Assembly (NCBI GenBank): GCA_963783305.1
Contig: CAWAMW010000003.1
Coordinates: 1-21,536, forward strand
DNA length: 21,536 nt
DNA from: an uncultured Gemmatimonadales bacterium
GTDB taxonomy: Bacteria > Gemmatimonadota > Gemmatimonadetes > Longimicrobiales > RSA9
Direction of reading: 5' to 3'
A program made the translations under genes and the position numbers. This document shows positions 7,916-15,940 of the stretch, piece by piece; positions within the stretch are counted from its first letter, which is position 1; the number at the start of each line of letters is the position of its first letter. Below the pieces are notes generated by a model. The model had not been told where the DNA came from and searched no databases. It saw nothing but the letters and a program-made list of their open reading frames with translations.

Positions 7916-7951
7916 GAATACGGCCCCGCGCTTCGGCGCGGGGCCGTATTC
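7916..7951. terminator. Probable bidirectional terminator hairpin between convergent genes
   Basis: Perfect 16-bp stem GAATACGGCCCCGCGC-TTCG-GCGCGGGGCCGTATTC with a C(UUCG)G tetraloop, touching the stop codon of the minus-strand GT. Confidence 0.85.
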
Positions 7952-9137
7952 ATTTCCGCTGGAGAACCTCCAGCAGCAGGTCGTTCAGCCGACGGATATC
8001 GTAGTGCGCCTCCACAAAGGCTCGGCCCTCATCGGTATACGACTCCCACCGCTCCGACGGGAGGGCGCCGGCATGCTGGATCGCGTCGGCGAGCGCCTCC
8101 GGGTCCGCGGGTGGGACCTGGAAGTCGCGCATGCCCGACGGGATGGACTCCGGCACGCCGCCCGTGGTCGTGGTCACCGTAAGGCAGCGCATGAGCAGTG
8201 CCTCCTGTACCGCCGCGGCCTGGTTCTCCGCCCAGTTGCCAATGTGCAGACTAGGCAGGAGCAGGACATCTGAGGCGGCCATGAGCTCGGTGAGGGACTC
8301 GGTCGTGACGGTGCCGGCGAACGTCACGTGTTCCCGCAGGCCGAGCTGATCGACAAGCGCCTCGAGCCGCGCCCGGTAGGGATTGGCTCCGCCGGTGAGG
8401 GTATAACGGAAGTCGTCCACTCCCCGGTCCCGGAGAATGCGGAGCGCCTCCAGAGCGTGGTGAAAGCCCTTCTCCTCGCTCATGCGGCCGGCGGAAAGCA
8501 GGGAGAGAGTGGCGCCCGGGGCCCGGGGGCCGGGGTCGGGGAAGCCCTCGAGGTCGAAGCCCACCGGCATGAGGGTGATGCGTTCGGGAGGACAGCCCCG
8601 GTCGACAGCGTGCTGGGCGGAGAACCGCGTATTCGTGAACACGTGGTCCACGCCCCGGAAAACCACCGCCGCCCTCTCGTCGGACAGCGGAGACATGTGC
8701 GGCAGCTCACCGCCATGGTAGTAGAGCCCGATGGGGACGTCCGGGAGGACGCGCTTCGCGTGGGCGAAGGGCAGGCCGGCGTGGACGCCGTGAATGAGCA
8801 CCAGGTCGGGGTCTGTGGCCTCGAGTGCGGCCAGGCAGGAGCGAACGACCAGGTCGCGCTTCAGCGGGCGAGTACGCGGCATCCGGAACCACTCGCCCGT
8901 CGCCACGGCCCAGGCAGCCGTCCCGACGGTCCTGCCCAGTGTGCGGAGGGTGAGAGGATAGTAGGTTGTCCTGTCCTGCAGCTTCCACTGGCGGACCCTG
9001 GCGCTCAACGCGTCATCGAACTGGCCGCCGGCGAGGATCTGAAGGTCGTGTCCGCGGCTCAGCAGGTCCGCGAACTGGGTGTCGAAGTAGGTCTTGAAGG
9101 TGGCCGGGTAGTGCTCGGTGACCGCGACGATCCTCAT
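7950..9137 (-). CDS. Glycosyltransferase family 4 (WcaL/AmsK-like)
   Basis: AGGGGA RBS before ATG 9137. LLSAGRMSEEKGF, DVLLLPS, E-x7-E (ENQAAAVQE), GGVPE, VPPADPEALA. Confidence 0.9.
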   Translation of the reverse strand: MRIVAVTEHYPATFKTYFDTQFADLLSRGHDLQILAGGQFDDALSARVRQWKLQDRTTYYPLTLRTLGRTVGTAAWAVATGEWFRMPRTRPLKRDLVVRSCLAALEATDPDLVLIHGVHAGLPFAHAKRVLPDVPIGLYYHGGELPHMSPLSDERAAVVFRGVDHVFTNTRFSAQHAVDRGCPPERITLMPVGFDLEGFPDPGPRAPGATLSLLSAGRMSEEKGFHHALEALRILRDRGVDDFRYTLTGGANPYRARLEALVDQLGLREHVTFAGTVTTESLTELMAASDVLLLPSLHIGNWAENQAAAVQEALLMRCLTVTTTTGGVPESIPSGMRDFQVPPADPEALADAIQHAGALPSERWESYTDEGRAFVEAHYDIRRLNDLLLEVLQRK

Positions 9138-9316
9138 GCTTCCCCTTTCTTCTGGACGGCGTGGGCCCACCTGCTCACGTGGTCGCATGCGATGATCGCC
9201 GATTCAAACCGCTGATCGAGTATTTCGGCGAACTGCGCATCGTAGTAAGGTTCGCACGCTATCGGATACGAGAGAGCCACGGCGCACATATCAAGAGGAG
9301 ACGGATGATTCGGCAT
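9134..9316 (-). pseudogene. Short remnant ORF homologous to the N-terminus of the adjacent GT4
   Basis: LDMCAVALSYPIACEPYYDAQFAEILDQRFESAIIA aligns ungapped to MRIVAVTEHYPATFKTYFDTQFADLLSRGHDLQILA (12/36 identical by my count). Its TGA overlaps the GT ATG. Confidence 0.6.
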
Positions 9317-9405
9317 GCCCTGAATATCCGGGGGCGGTTCGCGGGTTCGCAAGCTGGCGAGCTCCAGCGGCCGGAGGAGCGTCGGCGACGGCTTCGGACC
9401 GGCTG

Positions 9406-10554
9406 ATGTCTGCTCCCGGAAACCTTCTATGTGTGGCTAACTTTCCGACGAATACCGGGTACGCCTGGGAGTTCATCGAAGGCCTCTACGCCGGGCTCGC
9501 TGACGACCTCCACCGATTCGGTGTGCGGACCTGGGTCGCGTACCCCCGCGTCGACGCGGCCCCAACGACCCTCGCCCACAGCGTCGCCGAGCCAATCGAG
9601 TTGCGAGTGGACTACGCCTCGCCTCGGGGACTCGCGGCGCTGGTGCGCGCGGTCCGCGCCCATAACATCCGCACAATCTACTTGACTGATCGCGCTACGT
9701 GGCACCCCGGCTACGCTGTTCTGCGCGGGGCCGGCGTCCGCACCATCATTTCCCACGACCACACGTCGGGCGCCCGCACGCGCCCGACCGGGCTCAAAAG
9801 GTCGATCAAGGCCATTACGAGGAGGTTTGATCCCGCCCTCGCCGATATGGTGCTGGCCGTGAGCGAGTACGTGGCCCGACGGAAGGTCGAGGTGGACCTC
9901 GTCGCCCCGACCCGCGTGCGGGTGCTGTGGAACTCCGTTGTGATCCCGGAGACTGTCGACCGCGCTGCGCTCCGGGAGCGCTTCGGGATCGGCGGCGCCC
10001 GCCCGGTCATTGCTGGAGCCTCCCGGGTCGCGGAGTACAAGGGGATCCAGTATCTGATGGAGGCGTTCGACCGGGTGTGGCGTGGGCGCGACCCGAAACC
10101 CGTCCTTGTCTACTTCGGTGACGGCCCGTTCATGCCCGAACTTCAGAATCGAATGAAGCGCCTCGCTTCCCGCGAGGACATCATCCTCGCCGGGTATCGG
10201 CCCGAAGCCGCCGACCTCCTCGCCGGCGCCGACGTCTGCGTCGTGCCGTCCACCTGGCAGGAGGCGTTCGGGCTGGCCGCGCTGGAACCCTCCTCCCGTG
10301 GCGTCCCGGTCATAGGCAGTCGCGTGGGAGGGATCCCGGAGGTAATCGAGCACGGAGTCACTGGGCTGCTCGTGGAGCCGGCGGACGTAGACGACCTGGC
10401 CGGGGCCATCGTCGAGCTTCTCGACCACCCGGAACGCCGGATAGAAATGGGGCGGGCTGGACGACAACTGGCGCAGGAGCGGTTCGCTCGGCCCGATCAA
10501 CTGGATCGATTGTGTGCGCTCTTCCGCCAGGAGATGGGTCTGGGTGCCGCGTGA
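9406..10554 (+). CDS. Glycosyltransferase family 4
   Basis: SRVAEYKG, GDGP, ADVCVVPSTWQEAFGLAALE (E-x7-E), GVPVIGSRVGGIPEVI, GLLVEP. Confidence 0.93.
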   Translation: MSAPGNLLCVANFPTNTGYAWEFIEGLYAGLADDLHRFGVRTWVAYPRVDAAPTTLAHSVAEPIELRVDYASPRGLAALVRAVRAHNIRTIYLTDRATWHPGYAVLRGAGVRTIISHDHTSGARTRPTGLKRSIKAITRRFDPALADMVLAVSEYVARRKVEVDLVAPTRVRVLWNSVVIPETVDRAALRERFGIGGARPVIAGASRVAEYKGIQYLMEAFDRVWRGRDPKPVLVYFGDGPFMPELQNRMKRLASREDIILAGYRPEAADLLAGADVCVVPSTWQEAFGLAALEPSSRGVPVIGSRVGGIPEVIEHGVTGLLVEPADVDDLAGAIVELLDHPERRIEMGRAGRQLAQERFARPDQLDRLCALFRQEMGLGAA

Positions 10555-11450
10555 GCATGACCGGGCGAAGTCTGGCGAAGTCGTTCATCGAAGGCGCGCT
10601 CGCCGCCAGCGGCATCCCGGTGGTGACCCGGCATCTCCAGCGCGACCGGGTGGCGATCTTCGCCTATCATAATGTCGTCCCTGACGATGAGGCGCACCGG
10701 GGCGACGCAAGCCTCCACCTGCCACTCTCGCTGTTCCGTAGGCACCTGGACGCGCTGCAACGGACGCACACGTTCGTCGACCTCCCCACCGCAGTAGCCG
10801 GTGGCACGGGTGACCGTATCCGGGCGACGGTGACCTTCGATGACGCGTACCGGGGCGCCGTCCAGCTTGCACTGCCGGAGCTGAGGCGCCGCGGAATTCC
10901 CGCCACGGTGTTCGTCTGTCCGGGACTGCTGGGCGCAAAGGGGCTCTGGTGGGACGAGCTCGCGGAAGCAGGCCTCCTCAACGCTCCCTCCCGAGCGCGA
11001 GCGATGTTTGATATGAGGGGCGACCTGCGGACGGTGCGCCAGAACACCTTCGCGGGCGATCCTCCGCGGTTGCCTGAAGTGTTCGGCGTAGCGTCGGAGG
11101 CTGAGCTCCTGGAGCAGGCCGGGGGCGACATCGCACTCGGCGGCCACGCCTGGTCTCATGCCTGCCTCCCCGCTCTGGACGCCGTTGAGCTTATAGACGA
11201 CCTGGAGCGAACGCTGAAGTGGCTGGACGCGGCACCCTCCCGATCTGTGCGGTGGCTCGCGCTCCCCTATGGTGAGGGAACGCCGGTTGTGGCCCGGACG
11301 GCGCTGGAGCTGGGGTACGAGGGCGTCCTGGAGATACGGGGCGGCCTGTGCTCCCCGTCCGACGATCGGCTGGCGGTACCACGGATCAACGTCCCGGCCG
11401 GGCTGTCCGGCCGGGGGCTTTCGCTCCGGGCGAGCGGCGCCTGGCGATGA
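10551..11450 (+). CDS. Polysaccharide deacetylase (CE4/NodB-type)
   Basis: YHNV, TFDDAY, ATVFV, WWD, GHAWSH (H-x3-H metal ligands), ALPYG, PRINV. GTGA overlap with the upstream stop (ATG 10557 is an alternative start). Confidence 0.92.
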   Translation: MSMTGRSLAKSFIEGALAASGIPVVTRHLQRDRVAIFAYHNVVPDDEAHRGDASLHLPLSLFRRHLDALQRTHTFVDLPTAVAGGTGDRIRATVTFDDAYRGAVQLALPELRRRGIPATVFVCPGLLGAKGLWWDELAEAGLLNAPSRARAMFDMRGDLRTVRQNTFAGDPPRLPEVFGVASEAELLEQAGGDIALGGHAWSHACLPALDAVELIDDLERTLKWLDAAPSRSVRWLALPYGEGTPVVARTALELGYEGVLEIRGGLCSPSDDRLAVPRINVPAGLSGRGLSLRASGAWR

Positions 11451-12616
11451 AGCCCGCGGTCCTCGTCACGGACGGCGAGCAGCGCGCCGCGCTTGCGACG
11501 GTCCGCTCCCTGGGGCGAGCGGGATACCGATGCCTCGTCGGCAGCACCAGTGGCCGATCGCTTGCGGGCGCCTCGCGCTATGCCGCCCGCGAGGCAATGG
11601 TTCCGGATCCAGGAGCGACCCCAACAGCCCATTCGGACGCGATACGCGACCTCGTGGTGGAGGAAGGGGTTGAGTTGGTGATCCCGATCTCTGAGCCATC
11701 GATCCTCTCGCTACTCCCGGAGCGCGACCGGATCCCCGCTGCCATCCCCTTCCCGTCCCTCGCCACATTCCAGGCCATCTGCGACAAGGGTCGGGTCCTT
11801 CGAGAGGCCGTGGAAGTGGGGATCGGGGTGCCCGGGCAGGTGGAGCTGCGATCAGCAGACGAGGGGCGGGAGCTGGAGCTGGACTTTCCGCTCGTCCTCA
11901 AGCCCGGACGCTCCGTCTACACCGCACCCGACGGCACTCGGGCCAAGGTGGGCGTGCGCTGGGCACGCAGCAGGGCGGAGCTCCGGGCGGCGCTGGAAGC
12001 GTATCCGGCCGCCGCGTACCCCTTACTGGTCCAGGAGGCTATTGAGGGTCCGGGGGTGGGCGTCTTCGTCCTTCTCCACGAAGACCGTCTGTTGGCCCGC
12101 TTCTCCCACCGCAGGCTGCGGGAGAAGCCGCCCAGCGGGGGCGTCAGCGTGCTGCGCCAGAGTGAGCCCATGGACACGGCGCTCCTCGACCGGAGCCTGG
12201 CGCTCCTGGAGCGGTTCGGGTGGTCGGGGGTCGCCATGGTGGAGTACAAGGTGGACCGAAGGACGGGCGAAGCGCACCTGATGGAGATCAACGGCCGGCT
12301 CTGGGGGTCGCTCCAGCTCGCCATTGACGCCGGCGTCGACTTCCCGCGACTCCTCGCAGACGTTAGCTTTGGGGTACCCGTCGAGCCCGTCGACGACTAC
12401 CAGTTCACCCGGAGCCGCTGGTTCTGGGGCGATGTGGACCACCTGCTCGCCGTCTGGCGCGACGAGCGCGCGCGTAGTAGTGAAAAGGCGCGCTCCCTCG
12501 GGGGCTGGCTCCGGTCGTTCGGCCCTGGCAGCCGCTGCGAGGTGTTCCGCTGGACGGACCCCCGACCTTTCGCGCGCGAGACCCTGAACTGGCTTCAGGA
12601 CGTAACCCACCGGTGA
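11447..12616 (+). CDS. ATP-grasp domain ligase (carboxylate-amine ligase type)
   Basis: VLVTDG.QRAALATVRSLG, DKG, FPLVLKP, LVQEAIEG, HRRLREKPPSGGVS, MVEYK, LMEINGRLWGSL. ATGA overlap with the deacetylase. Confidence 0.92.
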   Translation: MKPAVLVTDGEQRAALATVRSLGRAGYRCLVGSTSGRSLAGASRYAAREAMVPDPGATPTAHSDAIRDLVVEEGVELVIPISEPSILSLLPERDRIPAAIPFPSLATFQAICDKGRVLREAVEVGIGVPGQVELRSADEGRELELDFPLVLKPGRSVYTAPDGTRAKVGVRWARSRAELRAALEAYPAAAYPLLVQEAIEGPGVGVFVLLHEDRLLARFSHRRLREKPPSGGVSVLRQSEPMDTALLDRSLALLERFGWSGVAMVEYKVDRRTGEAHLMEINGRLWGSLQLAIDAGVDFPRLLADVSFGVPVEPVDDYQFTRSRWFWGDVDHLLAVWRDERARSSEKARSLGGWLRSFGPGSRCEVFRWTDPRPFARETLNWLQDVTHR

Positions 12617-13962
12617 GCATGGCTTCGATGTCACAGCCGCGGCACAGTGAGAGCGTGCCGGCCCTGTTCCGGGTGCGTCCACGAGCGACATGGAGGTTCC
12701 TCCGGACGCAGCCGGCTTCCTTCTGGCTGATGAATTTCTACCTCTTCCTCGAGTACGTCCGCCCACAGACCATCTGGCCGTGGCTCGACGTGATCCCGTG
12801 GGCGCAGACCACGCTGATCCTGGCGACGATCGCGTTCTTCATGGAGGGGAAGATGTTCCGGCTGCGCACTGTGGCGGGACCGCTTCTCATGGGATTCTCG
12901 GCCATCGTGGCGCTCTCCTCCTTTACGGCGCTCGATCCCGGCTACGCCATTGCGAGATGGGAGCTTTTCTACTCCTGGATTCTCATCTACCTGCTGATCA
13001 CGAACACGATCACGACCGAGAAACGCTTCTTCGTCTTTCTCCTGGCGTTCCTGCTCTACTCGTTCAAGATGTCGCAGCACGGGTTCAGAGTCTGGGCCGA
13101 GAGAGGGTTCGGATTCGCCGGCTGGGGGCTTGCCGGTCCAGGAGGGTGGTTCCAGAATTCAGGAGAGTTGGCGATCCAGATGTGCATTTTCCTGCCCCTT
13201 TCCGTGGAATTCGTGCTCGCGCTGCGCCCTCATATGGGCCGGTGGACGAGGTGGCTGTTCTACTTCGTTCCCGTTACAGCCATCGCCACCATCGTCGCTT
13301 CTTCATCACGTGGGGGGCTCGTAGGCGCGGCTGCCCTGGGGGTATGGTGGGTGGCTCGATCCAAGCGGCGAGTACGCGTACTTGTCGCCGTTGTCTTCAT
13401 CGGTGCAGCGACGTGGGCCGTGGTGCCGGCCGAACAGAAGACTCGGTTCAGCGAGGCCGGCGAAGACGACGATTCTGTCACTCGAATCGAGCGCTGGCAG
13501 GCGGGGATCGCCGTCGCCAACCAGTATCCCGTCCTCGGGATAGGCTACAAGAACTGGTCGCCATATTTTGGTGGCTGGCTCTCTCACAACATCTTCATCG
13601 AGGCGATGGCGGAGCTCGGCTATACGGGGCTCCTCTCGTTCCTCTCCCTCATCACCGCTACGTTCTGGATCAACGCCCGGACGAGAAAGCTGCTGAAGGG
13701 CGCCCGCACGTCGAGCAGCTTCATGGAACACATGGCGTATGGCCTTGATGGTGCCCTGATCGGGTATATGGCGAGCGGGTTCTTCGTGACCGTCCTGTAC
13801 TATCCGTTCTTCTGGATCAACCTCGCTATGACCGTCTCGTTGCATACAGCAGGTCGCCACGAGGTTCGGCGACTGAGGCGTCGATCCTCATGGCAACCCC
13901 GAGCAGCGCCGGTGGGTCATTCAACTTCCTGGGGTGCTCGAGGCCCGGCGGCCACCACATGA
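12613..13962 (+). CDS. O-antigen ligase / Wzy_C family membrane protein (resembles the putative O-glycosylation ligase of exosortase A systems)
   Basis: Many TM segments. EYVRPQ near the N-terminus, NSGELA, SSRGG, R.ERW..G.....YPVLGIG, HNIFIEAMAELGY.G. GTGA overlap at the start. Confidence 0.88.
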   Translation: MSMASMSQPRHSESVPALFRVRPRATWRFLRTQPASFWLMNFYLFLEYVRPQTIWPWLDVIPWAQTTLILATIAFFMEGKMFRLRTVAGPLLMGFSAIVALSSFTALDPGYAIARWELFYSWILIYLLITNTITTEKRFFVFLLAFLLYSFKMSQHGFRVWAERGFGFAGWGLAGPGGWFQNSGELAIQMCIFLPLSVEFVLALRPHMGRWTRWLFYFVPVTAIATIVASSSRGGLVGAAALGVWWVARSKRRVRVLVAVVFIGAATWAVVPAEQKTRFSEAGEDDDSVTRIERWQAGIAVANQYPVLGIGYKNWSPYFGGWLSHNIFIEAMAELGYTGLLSFLSLITATFWINARTRKLLKGARTSSSFMEHMAYGLDGALIGYMASGFFVTVLYYPFFWINLAMTVSLHTAGRHEVRRLRRRSSWQPRAAPVGHSTSWGARGPAATT

Positions 13963-15143
13963 AAGCGGGACGGGGACGGGTCCTGCACCTGATCGACACG
14001 ACGGGACCGGGCGGCGCCGAAACGGTGTTCCTCCAGCTGGCGGACGGGCTGCGGCAGAGGGGGTGGGATTCACGGGCCGTGGTCGTGGGGGCTGGCTGGG
14101 TGCTCGACCAGGTCCGGGAGATAGGGCTCGGAGTGGACGTGGTGAGGACCCGCGGGCGGCTCGACTTCGGGTACCTCCTGGCGCTCCGGGCCCTCATCCG
14201 TCGTCACCGGATCCAGCTGATCCAGGCGCACCTGTTCAGCCCGGCCGTATACGCGAGTGCCATTGGAGCGATCACCAGTACACCCGTGATCGCCACCTTA
14301 CATGGCTCGTCGGACACCACGGCCCCAGGGATCGGAGGCCGCCTCCGCTATCAGCTGCTGGAGCGAAGGGCTCGCGTAGTCTGCGTATCGGAGACACTTC
14401 GCGACGAGCTATTGTCGCGTCAGCGGCTATCGGTGGACACTGTCAGCGTGGTCCATAATGGAGTGGACGTCGACATTTTCGCGGCCGCTGACGGAACACG
14501 AGTCCGGGAGGAGCTCGGTGTCTCTGCCCGCGGCATCCTGGTGGGGGCCCTCGGCAACGTCCGGCCGGCCAAGGATTATGCCACCTTCATCCGTGCGGCT
14601 GCGACACTGGCCGCGGATGAAAGGTTCCACTTCGTCATCGCCGGTGAGCGAACGCAGCCGCTGTACGGCGAACTGCTGGAGCTGCGGAACGAGCTGCGCC
14701 TGGAGAGCCGCGTGCAGTTCATCGGCTTCCGTGAGGACGTACCCGACCTTCTGGCCGGACTCGACACCCTCGTCATCAGCTCGAGCTCGGAGGGGTTCTC
14801 GCTCGCGGCCCTCCAGGCCATGGCGGCCGGCACGCCCGTCGTGGCCACCCGCTCCGGCGGACCCCAGGGCATCCTCACCGACGAGGAGGACGGATTACTC
14901 GTCCCTGTTCGGTCTCCTCAGGAGCTGGCTGCGGCCGTGCGTCGACTCGCGGACGACCCGGCGTTGGCGAGCGGGCTCAGAACCCGGGCGAGGGAGACGG
15001 TCCGCGAGCAGTTCTCTCTGAGCGCGATGCTGGACAGATACGAACGACTCTACGCGGAATCGCTCTCAGCGGATGAAAGCCAATCTGACGCAACTCCCCC
15101 TGCGTCCAGCTCCGAAAGGAGCGAGTCCAGCTCCTCGATCTGA
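13959..15143 (+). CDS. Glycosyltransferase family 4
   Basis: VLHLIDTTGPGGAET, HNGVD, GNVRPAKDY, SSSEGFSLAALQAMAAGTPVVATRSGG. ATGA overlap with the ligase. Confidence 0.93.
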   Translation: MKAGRGRVLHLIDTTGPGGAETVFLQLADGLRQRGWDSRAVVVGAGWVLDQVREIGLGVDVVRTRGRLDFGYLLALRALIRRHRIQLIQAHLFSPAVYASAIGAITSTPVIATLHGSSDTTAPGIGGRLRYQLLERRARVVCVSETLRDELLSRQRLSVDTVSVVHNGVDVDIFAAADGTRVREELGVSARGILVGALGNVRPAKDYATFIRAAATLAADERFHFVIAGERTQPLYGELLELRNELRLESRVQFIGFREDVPDLLAGLDTLVISSSSEGFSLAALQAMAAGTPVVATRSGGPQGILTDEEDGLLVPVRSPQELAAAVRRLADDPALASGLRTRARETVREQFSLSAMLDRYERLYAESLSADESQSDATPPASSSERSESSSSI

Positions 15144-15940
15144 GAACGGAAGCGCTTCTGAAGGTCTGCTCTGAGTAGAGGGGGGATAGGGCGAGCCGAT
15201 GGATCCCGGTTGGATCTCCTCCAGAGGCCGGTCGTGACCAACCCTCCCGATACCCCGAGAAACTCCCGGACCTCGATCAGGAAGCTCTCCGGTGCGGCGG
15301 AGAGGTCGTCGTACCGGAAAACGCGAAAGTTCTGTCCGAAGGCGTCTCGCCAGAGTCGAACCATCCGCGGGTAGTCGTTTCTCAACCGATATCCCGCCCC
15401 ATCAATCTCTCGTAGGATCTCATCGAGCGCCGCGCGGTTTATCTGTTCATCCTTCCACCGGTACATCATCTTCACCGCTGACCACAGGCGCTCCACCGGA
15501 TCCCGGACCAGCAGCAGGACGCGGCACTCCGGCTTCAGGACGCGTCGCGCGAAGGCTACCCCCCTCTCATCGAGGGTGGAGTAGGCGGGCGTGATGTCTC
15601 CGGCCACCCGGTCTCCGACGAGGTCCGGTGAGAACAGGGAGTAGTACCACGAATTGGACAGCGCGCCGTGATGGAAGCGCCGGAGCCACCGGAGCGTCCC
15701 AAGCCCCGGGCGCTCGATCAGCGGCCGATACTTCTCTCCCGGTCCCGGTCGAACGCGTTCCTCCACACCGAGAAGCTCTTCGGCGGGGCACACCCGATTG
15801 AAGAAGTGGAGCTCCTTGACCGGCGGCAGCCAAACCCCTGGTTGCAGAGCCAGGTTGTCATAAAGCCACGTCGTGCCCGCCTTCTGGGCCCCGATGCAGA
15901 CGAAGTCCGGCCCTCGCTCACTGCCTCTACTCGTGCTCAG
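15050..15940 (-). CDS. PAPS-dependent sulfotransferase
   Basis: 5'-PSB motif PDFVCIGAQKAGTTWL, KELHFF, GDITPAYS, 3'-PB motif RDPVERLWS. Start uncertain: in-frame CTG at 15940 with GGAGG 9 nt upstream. Confidence 0.88.
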   Translation of the reverse strand: MSTSRGSERGPDFVCIGAQKAGTTWLYDNLALQPGVWLPPVKELHFFNRVCPAEELLGVEERVRPGPGEKYRPLIERPGLGTLRWLRRFHHGALSNSWYYSLFSPDLVGDRVAGDITPAYSTLDERGVAFARRVLKPECRVLLLVRDPVERLWSAVKMMYRWKDEQINRAALDEILREIDGAGYRLRNDYPRMVRLWRDAFGQNFRVFRYDDLSAAPESFLIEVREFLGVSGGLVTTGLWRRSNRDPSARPIPPLLRADLQKRFRSQIEELDSLLSELDAGGVASDWLSSAESDSA

